A stretch of 64,000 nucleotides of DNA, from NCBI GenBank assembly GCA_902604575.1, contig CACKZH010000001.1, positions 20,708 through 84,707 on the forward strand. The letters run 5' to 3'. Below the pieces are notes generated by a model. The model worked only from the letters and a program-made list of their open reading frames with translations. It searched no databases and was not told the DNA's origin. Positions 21,261 to 30,899 of the stretch are shown here, piece after piece (within the stretch, counting starts at the first letter, position 1; each line of letters starts with the position of its first letter). The position numbers and the translations under genes were made by a program. The stretch is from an uncultured Pelagibacteraceae bacterium (lineage in GTDB: Bacteria > Pseudomonadota > Alphaproteobacteria > Pelagibacterales > Pelagibacteraceae).

Positions 21261-21716
21261 ATGATCACTATTGAAGAATTCAAAAAAAAACAGTCTGAAA
21301 CCTCTAGATTGATTGGTTTAGATCTCGGATCAAAAAGAATCGGTGTATCAATTTGTGATGAAAAACAGTCGATAGCCACACCCTTTAAAACGATCAATAA
21401 GACCAATAATAATGATCTAATCGACGAATTAAAAAAAATAATAGAGGAAAACAATATTAAAGGAATTATTATTGGATATCCAATTAACATGGATGGTTCA
21501 TTTGGTCCTTCTGCTCAATCAGTAAGTGATATATCTAAAAATATAGACCAAAGTGTTGATGTAGATGTTTGCTTATGGGATGAAAGACTTTCAACAGTTG
21601 GTGCATTTAATCTATCCAGTCAGCTTGATGTTAATGTTTCTAAGCGTGAAAAAAACATAGATCAAAATGCAGCTGCATTTATTCTTCAAGGAGCTATAGA
21701 TTATTTAAATAATTAA
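21261..21716 (+). CDS. yqgF: YqgF/RuvX pre-16S rRNA nuclease family protein
   Basis: LIGLDLGSKRIGVS, WDERLST, DQNAAAFILQ motifs. Confidence 0.92.
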   Translation: MITIEEFKKKQSETSRLIGLDLGSKRIGVSICDEKQSIATPFKTINKTNNNDLIDELKKIIEENNIKGIIIGYPINMDGSFGPSAQSVSDISKNIDQSVDVDVCLWDERLSTVGAFNLSSQLDVNVSKREKNIDQNAAAFILQGAIDYLNN

Positions 21717-21758
21717 TCCTTGCCATTTAGGGGCTTTATAGCTATAGAGTTAATTTTA

Positions 21759-22700
21759 ATGGCAATTAAAACCAATAAAGCTATTAAAATTTCACAAAAA
21801 CATCTGTTAGGTATCCAAGATTTATCAGTTAATGATATTAATTATATTCTGGATGAGTCAGAAGCTTTTATAAAATTAAATCAGAGTAAAAATAAAAAAA
21901 TTGATGTGTTAAGAGGTAAAACACAAATAAACTTATTCTTTGAACCATCAACTAGAACTCAAAGCTCCTTTGAACTTGCTGGAAAAAGACTAGGTGCAGA
22001 TGTTATGTCAATGAATATGGGTAACTCAGCCATTAAAAAAGGTGAAACTTTGATTGATACTGCAATGACCCTAAATGCAATGCATCCTGATATAATTGTG
22101 ATCAGACATCAAGACTCTGGTGCTTGTAATCTATTATCTCAAAAAGTTAATTGTGTTGTATTAAATGCTGGTGATGGTAGACGTGAACACCCTACCCAAG
22201 CATTATTAGATGCATTAACAATTAGAAATCGAAAAAAAAAAATTCAAGGATTAAAAATAGCAATATGTGGAGATATACTACATTCAAGAGTAGCTAGATC
22301 AAATATTTATCTTCTTACAATGCTAGGAGCAGAAGTTAATATAGTTGCACCATCCAATCTTATGCCAAAAGAAATTGAAAAGTTTGGTGTTAACACTTTT
22401 ACTGATATGAAAAAGGGTCTCAAAGATTGTGATATTGTAATGATGCTTAGATTACAAAATGAAAGAATGACTAGTTCATATCTTTCATCGAATAGAGAAT
22501 ACTATGAATATTATGGATTAACACCAGATAAACTTGATCATGCAAAGTCAGATGCTTTAATTATGCATCCTGGTCCAATGAATAGAGGAATTGAAATTGA
22601 TACAAGATTAGCTGATGACATAAACAAAAGTGTAATTAAAGAACAAGTTGAATTAGGTGTTGCTGTAAGGATGGCATGTTTAAAAATATTTTGTGAATAA
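21759..22700 (+). CDS. pyrB: aspartate carbamoyltransferase catalytic subunit
   Basis: [25 protein letters not shown] motifs; start set at ATG 21759. Confidence 0.97.
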   Translation: MAIKTNKAIKISQKHLLGIQDLSVNDINYILDESEAFIKLNQSKNKKIDVLRGKTQINLFFEPSTRTQSSFELAGKRLGADVMSMNMGNSAIKKGETLIDTAMTLNAMHPDIIVIRHQDSGACNLLSQKVNCVVLNAGDGRREHPTQALLDALTIRNRKKKIQGLKIAICGDILHSRVARSNIYLLTMLGAEVNIVAPSNLMPKEIEKFGVNTFTDMKKGLKDCDIVMMLRLQNERMTSSYLSSNREYYEYYGLTPDKLDHAKSDALIMHPGPMNRGIEIDTRLADDINKSVIKEQVELGVAVRMACLKIFCE

Positions 22701-23987
22701 ATGAAAAAACAATACTTTATAAATGCAAACATTATAGATCCTCATAATTCCATAAATGAAAATGGTGGATTAATAATTGGAGAAGACGGAAAGATAGAAG
22801 CAATAGGAAAAAAGGTAAATACAAATAATTTACCAACTAGAGAAAAACCTACTGACTTAAAAGGTAAATATATATTTCCTGGTATAGTGGATATGAGAGT
22901 TTTTGTAGGCGAGCCAGGATATGAATATAAAGAAAATTTTAGGACTTTAAGTAATGCAGCATTATCTGGAGGAGTAACTTCCGTCGTAACCATGCCTAAT
23001 ACAGATCCAATTATAGATAATGTATCAATTGTAGATTTTTTAAAAAGAAGAGGACGTGATAAGTCTAAAATAAATATCTTTCCTTGCGCTTCATTAACTC
23101 AAAACACTGATGGCACCAATATGACTGAATTTGGTTTACTGGCTAAAAAAGGAATTATTGCTTTTACTGACGGAGTAAAAACAATTCAAAATACTAGACT
23201 TATGTCTAGAATTATGAATTCAGCTAAAGATTTGGGATGTCTTATAATGCAACATGCTGAAGATTATGATTTAGCTAAAAATGGAATGATTAATTCTGGT
23301 ATTATTGCAACAAAACTAGGCTTATCAAGCATACCAGATATTGCTGAAAGAATTATAATTGAGAGAGATCTTACTCTCTTAGAAAAAACTAAATGTCGAT
23401 ATCACATATCTCAACTATCCGCAGGAAAATCTGTAGATATAATTAAGGAACGTAAACAAAACGTTAAATTTACTTGCGGTGTATCAATAAACAATCTTTC
23501 ATTAAATGAAAATGATATTGGAGATTTTAGAACATTTTTAAAATTATCACCTCCACTGAGAAGAGAAGAAGATCGAGAAGCTTTAGTTCAAGGATTAAAA
23601 GATAAAACTATTGATGTAATTGTTTCTGACCATAAACCTGAAGATGAAGAATCTAAAAGATTAACTTTTGCACAAGCTGCAACTGGTGCATCTGGCATTG
23701 AAACATTGTTATCCTTAAGTTTAGAATTATTTCATAATGGATCTGTAAAACTTGAAACTATAATTCAAGCTTTAACCTCTAACCCAGCAAAAATATTAAA
23801 TATAAATAAGGGAAACTTGTCTATTGGTAATGATGCAGATTTTTGTATAGTAGATATCAATAAACCATGGATTGTAAAAAAAGAAAATTTAATCTCTAAA
23901 TCTAAAAATACTTCAATTGAAGATAAGAAACTTCAAGGAAAAGTAACCAATACATTTGTAAAAGGTATAGAATTATTTAAAATATAA
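22701..23987 (+). CDS. pyrC': dihydroorotase-like protein, probably the inactive PyrC' partner of PyrB
   Basis: DHOase fold motifs (GGVTSVVTMPNT, SPPLR, SDH), but the HxH motif is replaced (DMRVFVGEPG). Confidence 0.85.
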   Translation: MKKQYFINANIIDPHNSINENGGLIIGEDGKIEAIGKKVNTNNLPTREKPTDLKGKYIFPGIVDMRVFVGEPGYEYKENFRTLSNAALSGGVTSVVTMPNTDPIIDNVSIVDFLKRRGRDKSKINIFPCASLTQNTDGTNMTEFGLLAKKGIIAFTDGVKTIQNTRLMSRIMNSAKDLGCLIMQHAEDYDLAKNGMINSGIIATKLGLSSIPDIAERIIIERDLTLLEKTKCRYHISQLSAGKSVDIIKERKQNVKFTCGVSINNLSLNENDIGDFRTFLKLSPPLRREEDREALVQGLKDKTIDVIVSDHKPEDEESKRLTFAQAATGASGIETLLSLSLELFHNGSVKLETIIQALTSNPAKILNINKGNLSIGNDADFCIVDINKPWIVKKENLISKSKNTSIEDKKLQGKVTNTFVKGIELFKI

Positions 23988-23989
23988 AA

Positions 23990-24568
23990 ATGGAACTTTT
24001 TATAATAGGTATAATCTCATACCTAATGGGATCAATTCCTTTTGGATTAATTTTAACCAAAGTATTTTTAAAAAAAGATATTAGAGAAATTGGTTCTGGT
24101 AATATTGGCGCAACAAATGCTTTAAGAACTGGTAATAAGTTAATTGGTTATTCAACACTAATACTTGATGTGTTAAAGGCAGCAATACCTGTTTTATACA
24201 TTAAAATTAATTTTCCTGATGCAGTATATATATCAGCTTTATGCGCTTTTATAGGTCATGTGTTTCCAGTATGGTTAAAATTTAAAGGTGGCAAAGGTGT
24301 AGCGACATATGTTGGGATACTTTTTTCTTTAAATATTATTTTTGGTTTGGTGTTTGGTATTTGTTGGTTAATAATATTTTTTATTTCTAAATATTCATCT
24401 TTATCTTCTTTGATAGGATCACTTTCTATACCGGTTTATATTTTATTTTTTGAGGGTTCAGAAAATGTATTTTTTTACGTAATAATGTTTATTTTAATAT
24501 TTTTTACCCACAGAGAAAATATTAAACGCTTGAAAAATAAAGAAGAAACTAAGACAAAAATTTATTAA
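23990..24568 (+). CDS. plsY: glycerol-3-phosphate acyltransferase
   Basis: YLMGSIPFG, GSGNIGATN, FKGGKGVAT, THRENIKRL motifs. Confidence 0.96.
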   Translation: MELFIIGIISYLMGSIPFGLILTKVFLKKDIREIGSGNIGATNALRTGNKLIGYSTLILDVLKAAIPVLYIKINFPDAVYISALCAFIGHVFPVWLKFKGGKGVATYVGILFSLNIIFGLVFGICWLIIFFISKYSSLSSLIGSLSIPVYILFFEGSENVFFYVIMFILIFFTHRENIKRLKNKEETKTKIY

Positions 24569-24569
24569 T

Positions 24570-24597
24570 TTGACTATCAAACTCTTTTGAGTAGTTT
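24570..24597 (+). promoter_or_regulatory. putative sigma70 promoter for topA
   Basis: TTGACT-N16-TAGTTT ending 8 nt before the ATG. Confidence 0.5.
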
Positions 24598-24605
24598 GTT
24601 ATTTT

Positions 24606-27191
24606 ATGAATCTAGTCATAGTTGAAAGCCCTGCTAAAGCGAAAACAATTAATAAGTATTTAGGTGATAACTATACCGTTTTAGCAAGCTATGGTCATAT
24701 TAGAGATCTTCCTTCAAAAAATGGATCAGTTGATCCTGATCAAAATTTTAAAATGGAATGGGAAGTTGATAGCTTTTCAAAAAAATATTTAAAAGAAATT
24801 ACTGATGCTGCGAAAGATTCTTCAAAAATAATTCTTGCTACTGACCCAGATCGTGAGGGTGAGGCAATAGCATGGCATGTAAAAGAGTATTTAAATGAAA
24901 AAAAACTTTTAAAGGATAAAGAAATTGAACGTGTGGTATTTAACGAAATAACAAAAAAAGCTGTCACACATGGTATTGAAAATCCAAGACAGATAGAGCC
25001 CTTATTAGTCGATGCTTACATGGCTAGAAGAGCACTAGATTATTTGGTAGGATTTAATATATCGCCAATACTTTGGACTAAACTACCTGGTTCAAAATCT
25101 GCAGGTAGAGTTCAATCTGTTGCATTGAAATTGATCACTGAAAGAGAGCATGAAATTGAATTATTCAAGCCTGAAGAATTTTGGACATTAAGTATTAATT
25201 TTCAGGATGAAAACAAAAGTAACATTACAGCAAGTATTTCTCAACTTGATGGAGAAAAAATTGAAAAATTTTCATTTAAAAATAAAGAAGAAATTGGGAA
25301 GGCAATTGATAATATTAGGAACAAAAAATTTAACATAACTGATATTTCCTCAAAAGTTGTTAGCAGAAATCCCTCAGGACCCTTTACTACTTCAACACTT
25401 CAGCAGGTTGCCTCTAGTAGATTAGGTTTTGGAGCATCAAGAACAATGCAAATAGCACAAAAACTTTATCAAGGAATAGAAATTGAAGGAGATACAGTTG
25501 GGTTAATTACATATATGAGAACGGATGGAACTAATTTGTCAGCTGATGCTGTCACTGATTTTAGAAATTTTATTAAAAAAGAATATGGTAACGAATACTT
25601 GCCAGAAAACCCAAATAATTACTCAGGAAAAAAAGCAAAAAACGCTCAGGAAGCTCATGAAGCAATAAGACCAACTGATATTAATAGAAATCCAGACTCT
25701 ATAAAAAAGTATTTAAGTTCTGACCAGCAAAAATTATATTCTTTAATTTGGTCTAGAGCTCTATCGTCTCAAATGGAAACAGCAAAATTTGACAGAAATA
25801 CAATAACAATTGAGTCTGAAGACGGTAAAACTATATGTAAATCAAGCGGATCGGTTTTGAAATTTGATGGATTTTTAAAAGTTTATTCAAATCAGAGCAA
25901 AGATGATGATGAGCAAATTTTACCTGAGATGTCAAAAGGACCAATTAATATAGAAGCTCTTATTGATGAACAACATTTTACCCAACCTCCCCCACGTTAC
26001 TCTGAGGCGAGTTTGGTTAAAAAATTGGAAGAGTTAGGAATTGGAAGACCTTCAACTTATGCAAGTATCATTTCAACAATAGCAAATAGAGGTTATGCTG
26101 AAATAGTTAACAAAAGATTTTTTCCAACTGATAGAGGTAAATTAATTTCTGCGTTTTTAGAAAAACTATTTTCAAAGTATGTAGATTATAACTTTACAGC
26201 TGGACTAGAGGATCAGCTAGATGAAATAACTTCTGGAAAAGAAAGTTGGTTAAAAGTCTTAGAAATGTTTTGGAAAGATTTTAATAGTAATGTTTCAGAG
26301 GTAAAAGAAAAAAGAACTAGAGAAGTTTTAGATCTTTTAAATGAAAGTTTGGGAGCATTGATATTTGACACTGATAAAGAAGGAAAGATAGTTCGAAAAT
26401 GTCAGTTATGTGACACAGGTTCCCTTAGTTTAAAAAATAGTTTTAGAGGAGGTGCCTTTATTGGATGCTCAAACTATCCTGAATGTAAATTTACAAGACC
26501 ACTATCAAAAGCTAAAGCGGCTGCTCAATCACAACTTGCTGAACCAAAATTTCTTGGAAAACACGAAAATGGAAATGATATTTTTCTAAAAAATGGAAGA
26601 TTTGGTCCTTATCTTCAGTATGAGAAAGTTCTTGAAGAAAAGATTGAAGAAGAAAAACCTAAAAAAAGAAAAAAAACTAAGAAAAAGAAACCTGAAGTTA
26701 ATGAACTATTGAAAAATGTATCTATACCAAAAGGAATTGAATTAGAAAGTATTGATTTAGATAAAGCAAAATTTTTATGTTCACTTCCTAAATCATTAGG
26801 CATTAATCCAGAAAATCAAAAAGAAATCACTTTGAACACTGGTAGATTTGGACCATATTTAAAATGTGAAAATAAATCAGCTAGAATAGAAAATGTCGAA
26901 GAAATTTTTTCTATAGGATTAAATAGAGCAATTACACTCATTGCTGAAGCAAAACCTGGAAGAATGTCTTCTTCAATTATTAAAGACTTAGGGGAGCATC
27001 CTGAAGATAAAAAGCCAGTACGAATCATGAAAGGTCAATATGGACCATACATTAAATACAAATCTCTAAATGCAACAATACCAGAAGAAAAAGACCCAGT
27101 AGAGCTAACAATGGAAGAGGCTCTCATATTAATTGAGAAAAGAAGAGAATACGATAAAAATAAAAAATCTAAAAAAAATAAGAAAAAATGA
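24606..27191 (+). CDS. topA: DNA topoisomerase I
   Basis: IVESPAKAKTI, ATDPDREGEAI, SAGRVQS, ITYMRTD motifs, one zinc ribbon, GRFGPY C-terminal repeats. Confidence 0.98.
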   Translation: MNLVIVESPAKAKTINKYLGDNYTVLASYGHIRDLPSKNGSVDPDQNFKMEWEVDSFSKKYLKEITDAAKDSSKIILATDPDREGEAIAWHVKEYLNEKKLLKDKEIERVVFNEITKKAVTHGIENPRQIEPLLVDAYMARRALDYLVGFNISPILWTKLPGSKSAGRVQSVALKLITEREHEIELFKPEEFWTLSINFQDENKSNITASISQLDGEKIEKFSFKNKEEIGKAIDNIRNKKFNITDISSKVVSRNPSGPFTTSTLQQVASSRLGFGASRTMQIAQKLYQGIEIEGDTVGLITYMRTDGTNLSADAVTDFRNFIKKEYGNEYLPENPNNYSGKKAKNAQEAHEAIRPTDINRNPDSIKKYLSSDQQKLYSLIWSRALSSQMETAKFDRNTITIESEDGKTICKSSGSVLKFDGFLKVYSNQSKDDDEQILPEMSKGPINIEALIDEQHFTQPPPRYSEASLVKKLEELGIGRPSTYASIISTIANRGYAEIVNKRFFPTDRGKLISAFLEKLFSKYVDYNFTAGLEDQLDEITSGKESWLKVLEMFWKDFNSNVSEVKEKRTREVLDLLNESLGALIFDTDKEGKIVRKCQLCDTGSLSLKNSFRGGAFIGCSNYPECKFTRPLSKAKAAAQSQLAEPKFLGKHENGNDIFLKNGRFGPYLQYEKVLEEKIEEEKPKKRKKTKKKKPEVNELLKNVSIPKGIELESIDLDKAKFLCSLPKSLGINPENQKEITLNTGRFGPYLKCENKSARIENVEEIFSIGLNRAITLIAEAKPGRMSSSIIKDLGEHPEDKKPVRIMKGQYGPYIKYKSLNATIPEEKDPVELTMEEALILIEKRREYDKNKKSKKNKKK

Positions 27192-27472
27192 AAATAATTA
27201 AAATAATAATTTCAGTTTTATTCATTTCTTTATTTAGTTTAACATTCTCATCTGCTGAAGATTGTTCAAAATATGATAAATTAAGTAAAGAATATGCAAC
27301 ATGTACCTCTGATAAATTAAAGAAAGAAACTGCGCAAAAAGCAGAGGAAATAAAATCTAAAACTGCAAAAAAAATTGAAGATGGTAAAAAAAAATTAAAA
27401 AACTTTAATTTAAAAGAAAAGTTTATCAAATTTAAAAATAGTAAAACACATAAGGAGTTTACTGAAAAATAA
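27188..27472 (+). CDS. small secreted hypothetical protein
   Basis: ATGA overlap with topA; signal-peptide-like N-terminus, two Cys, Lys/Glu-rich helix; fills the gap to the Rid gene exactly. Confidence 0.7.
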   Translation: MKIIKIIISVLFISLFSLTFSSAEDCSKYDKLSKEYATCTSDKLKKETAQKAEEIKSKTAKKIEDGKKKLKNFNLKEKFIKFKNSKTHKEFTEK

Positions 27473-27473
27473 A

Positions 27474-27935
27474 ATGGATTTTGAAAATAAAATTAAAGAA
27501 TTAAAAATTAATCTTCCAGAGGCAAAACCGCCTGTTGGATCTTATGTTGCAACAAAAATTGTAGGCAATTTACTTTATATTTCCGGACAAATTTCTATTT
27601 CAGAAAATGGTGGATTAATAAAAGGAAAAGTTGGAAAAGATCTATCTGTCGATGATGGTTACAAAGCAGCTGAAAGATGTGGTTTAAGTATTATATCTCA
27701 AGCAAAAGTAGCTTGTAATGGAGATCTTTCTAAAATTAAATCGTGCGTAAAATTAACAGGATTTGTTAATTCAACTGATAACTTTACAGATCAACCAAAA
27801 GTAATTAATGGTGCTTCAGATTTAATTGCTTCTGTTTTTGGTGAAGCTGGTATGCATACTAGAGCAGCAGTAAGTACAAATAGCTTACCACTTGGGGTAT
27901 CTGTTGAAGTTGATGCAATTTTTGAGTTAAATTAA
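27474..27935 (+). CDS. RidA/YjgF family protein
   Basis: PVGSYV, ISGQ, QPKVINGASD, HTRAAV, SLPLGVSVEVD motifs. Confidence 0.9.
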   Translation: MDFENKIKELKINLPEAKPPVGSYVATKIVGNLLYISGQISISENGGLIKGKVGKDLSVDDGYKAAERCGLSIISQAKVACNGDLSKIKSCVKLTGFVNSTDNFTDQPKVINGASDLIASVFGEAGMHTRAAVSTNSLPLGVSVEVDAIFELN

Positions 27936-27936
27936 A

Positions 27937-29235
27937 TTATCTTCCTATACCAAAATATTTAAAACCTAGTTTTTTAATTTTATTTGGTGAATAAATATTT
28001 CTCATATCATAAATAATAAGTTTTTTATTTTTTGAAAATTTTTTGAAATTAATTGATTTAAAATCATTCCATTCTGTATGTATAATTACAATATCTGATC
28101 CTTTAATTGATTCCTGTATTGAATTAGAAAATTCAACATTTTTTAATTTTTTAAATTCTTTTTTTGATCCTGTAGGATCATAATATTTAATTTTCGCACC
28201 TTTTTTGGATAAAAATGGAATTAATTTTAGGCTAGACGAGTCTCTCATATCGTCAGTATTTGCTTTAAAAGTTACACCTAAAAAAGATACAACTTTATTT
28301 TTAATTTTATTATTTAAAATTAAACTAACTCTTTTGGATAATAAATCAGATCTTAAATCATTAGATCTGATAACGCTTTTTACCACTGATAAATTAGTTT
28401 TGAATTTATCAGCGGTTGAAACTAAAGCTTTGGTGTCTTTTGGAAAACATGACCCACCGTATGCAGGTCCAGCTCTTAAAAATCTGCTACCAATTCTTTT
28501 ATCTAGTCCAATTCCTATTGAGATATCCTCAATATCTATACCAGTTTTTTCACATAAATTTGATATTTCATTTATAAAGGTAATCTTTGTTGCTAAAAAA
28601 GCATTTGAAGCATATTTAATTAACTCGGCTGCTCTTCTTTTTGTAGAAAGAAATTTTGCACCTTTTGATATTAGTGGTGAATATAAACTTTTTAATATTC
28701 TCTGGGATTTACTATCATTTGACCCAACTACCACTCTATCTGGATAGATAAAATCTCTAATAGCCTCACCTTCTCTTAAAAATTCAGGATTAGATACAAC
28801 TGAAAAAAATTTTTTATTTACCTTTTTAGATATAATTTTTTCAATCTCATCACCCGTTGTCACGGGCACAGTCGATTTATTGATTATAATTTTAAATTTT
28901 TTAATAGATTTAGATATTCCTTTTGCAGCAGCATATACTTGGCTTAAATCAGCACTATTACTATTTTTTTTGGTTGGTGTTCCTACACATATAAAAACAA
29001 TATCTGATTTTTTCACCGACTCTTTTAGGTTTGTAGAAAAATTCAGTCTTTTATTTTTATAATTTTTTACAACTAACTCTTCTAAACCAGGTTCGTAAAT
29101 AGGAACAATACCCTTTTTTAAATTGTTAATTTTTTTTAAATCTTTATCAACACATATGACATCATTACCTAAATCAGAAAAACAAACGCCACTAACTAAA
29201 CCAACATAGCCTGTGCCAATCATACATAATTTCAT
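27937..29235 (-). CDS. ugd: UDP-glucose 6-dehydrogenase
   Basis: IGTGYVGLV, ICVGTP, SNPEFLREG, YGGSCFPKD motifs. Start ATG 29235 overlaps the galU stop (ATGA). Confidence 0.93.
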   Translation of the reverse strand: MKLCMIGTGYVGLVSGVCFSDLGNDVICVDKDLKKINNLKKGIVPIYEPGLEELVVKNYKNKRLNFSTNLKESVKKSDIVFICVGTPTKKNSNSADLSQVYAAAKGISKSIKKFKIIINKSTVPVTTGDEIEKIISKKVNKKFFSVVSNPEFLREGEAIRDFIYPDRVVVGSNDSKSQRILKSLYSPLISKGAKFLSTKRRAAELIKYASNAFLATKITFINEISNLCEKTGIDIEDISIGIGLDKRIGSRFLRAGPAYGGSCFPKDTKALVSTADKFKTNLSVVKSVIRSNDLRSDLLSKRVSLILNNKIKNKVVSFLGVTFKANTDDMRDSSSLKLIPFLSKKGAKIKYYDPTGSKKEFKKLKNVEFSNSIQESIKGSDIVIIHTEWNDFKSINFKKFSKNKKLIIYDMRNIYSPNKIKKLGFKYFGIGR

Positions 29236-30047
29236 AATTTTCCTATTTCTTTCGAGGAGTTGATATAGCCACTCATGGTTCCACAATCAAGATACTTACC
29301 TTCAAAATTATGAGCTATGAATTTTTCTTTATCATTAATTAATAGCTGTATTGCATCAGTGATATGTATCTCTTTACCTTTACGAGGTTTAAGAGATTTT
29401 ATTTTTTTAAAAATTGTACGCGGTAATATATACCTTCCAATAACAGCATTGTTAGATGGTGCTTTTTTTACTGATGGTTTTTCAACTACACCATCTATAA
29501 CATAATTTCTTTTATTTAATTTTTTATTAATTTTATATACACCCCATCTAGAGACATTATTTCTTTTTACTTTCATAGATGCCATAACTGAAGCTTGATA
29601 TTTTTTATGAACCTTAATCATTGACTTAGAACAATTTTTTCTAATTATTAAATCATCTGGTAACAACATTAAAAAATATTTATTTTTAATATATTTTTGT
29701 GTCTTAAGGACTGCATCACCTGTGCCCTTTGGAATATTTTGAAAAACAAACTTAATTTTATTCTTATATTTAAGTATTTTTTTATATTCATTAATTATTC
29801 TAGGATCCTTTTTTTTTTTAATAATATTTTTATAAAACTGATCACTATAAAAATATTTTTTAATCATTAATTTTTTAGTAGAGATAATAAACACGATCTC
29901 TTTAATACCTGCATCAATACATTCATCAATAATATATTCAATTCCGGGTCTTCCATTAATGGGTAAAAGCTCTTTAGCAAAAACACTTGTTAAAGGTAGT
30001 AACCGAGTTCCAAGTCCAGCTAAAGGAATAATTGCTTGTTTAATCAT
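29232..30047 (-). CDS. galU: UTP-glucose-1-phosphate uridylyltransferase
   Basis: AIIPLAGLGTRLLP, KELLP, VEKP, IGRYIL, LDCG motifs. Confidence 0.88.
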   Translation of the reverse strand: MIKQAIIPLAGLGTRLLPLTSVFAKELLPINGRPGIEYIIDECIDAGIKEIVFIISTKKLMIKKYFYSDQFYKNIIKKKKDPRIINEYKKILKYKNKIKFVFQNIPKGTGDAVLKTQKYIKNKYFLMLLPDDLIIRKNCSKSMIKVHKKYQASVMASMKVKRNNVSRWGVYKINKKLNKRNYVIDGVVEKPSVKKAPSNNAVIGRYILPRTIFKKIKSLKPRKGKEIHITDAIQLLINDKEKFIAHNFEGKYLDCGTMSGYINSSKEIGKL

Positions 30048-30081
30048 TTAAATGTTTTACTTATTAAATATTTTTATACAA

Positions 30082-30897
30082 ATGAAAATTTTATTAAACA
30101 ATACGACATTATTTGAATCATTAAGGCCATTTAATGACCTGGGTTTTGTTCCTACAATGGGTGGAATACATAAGGGTCATTTATCACTAATAAATAAATC
30201 AAATAAACTTTGTAAAAAAACAATTGTAAGTATTTTTGTTAATCCAAAACAATTTAATAATAAAAAAGATTTAAAATCTTATCCACGAAATATGAAGAAA
30301 GATTTAAAAATTCTTAAAAAAAGCAAAAAAGTTGATTTTGTTTATCTTCCTAAATTTAAAGACATATACAAAGATAAAAAAAAATCAAAAATTACATTGC
30401 TAAAAAAAGATAAAATTTTGTGTGCTAAATTTAGAAAAGGTCATTTTGAAGGTGTTTTAGATGTAATGAATAAACTAACTAAAATTGTAAAACCTAAGAA
30501 AATATTTATGGGAGAAAAAGATTTTCAACAACTATATTTGGTAAAAAAAGAATTGGGAAAAAAATATAAAACTAAGGTTGTTCCTTGCAAAACAGTTCGA
30601 GATAGGAATAATGTTGCACTTTCATCAAGAAATCTTCTTTTAAATAAGTCTAGTTTAATCATTGCAGCAAAAATTTATAAAAAAATAGTAGATATTAAAA
30701 AAAATATTAAAAATAAGAAAAATATTTCAAGTTTTTTAAATCTTCAAAAAAAAGAATTAAAAAATAATTATAAAATTAAAATTGATTATTTAGAGCTAAG
30801 AAATATAAATAATTTAAAAATTTCAAGTACAAAGAAAAATTCAAGATTATTTATTGCCTATTATTTAAACAACGTCAGATTAATTGATAACCTGTAA
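30082..30897 (+). CDS. panC: pantoate-beta-alanine ligase
   Basis: FVPTMGGIHKGH, SIFVNPKQF, GEKDFQQ, ALSSRN, RLIDN motifs; start set at ATG 30082. Confidence 0.94.
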   Translation: MKILLNNTTLFESLRPFNDLGFVPTMGGIHKGHLSLINKSNKLCKKTIVSIFVNPKQFNNKKDLKSYPRNMKKDLKILKKSKKVDFVYLPKFKDIYKDKKKSKITLLKKDKILCAKFRKGHFEGVLDVMNKLTKIVKPKKIFMGEKDFQQLYLVKKELGKKYKTKVVPCKTVRDRNNVALSSRNLLLNKSSLIIAAKIYKKIVDIKKNIKNKKNISSFLNLQKKELKNNYKIKIDYLELRNINNLKISSTKKNSRLFIAYYLNNVRLIDNL

Positions 30898-30899
30898 TT

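Noticed and set aside
21218-21490. 90-aa hydrophobic minus-strand ORF
   Set aside because: Antisense to yqgF; Ile/Leu/Phe/Ser bias typical of shadow frames.
27169-27429. 86-aa minus-strand ORF
   Set aside because: The plus-strand 94-aa ORF fits the operon overlaps and has a signal peptide; this is its shadow.
28205-28747. 180-aa antisense ORF within ugd
   Set aside because: Codon-aligned antisense frame with no motifs; an expected by-product of sense codon bias.
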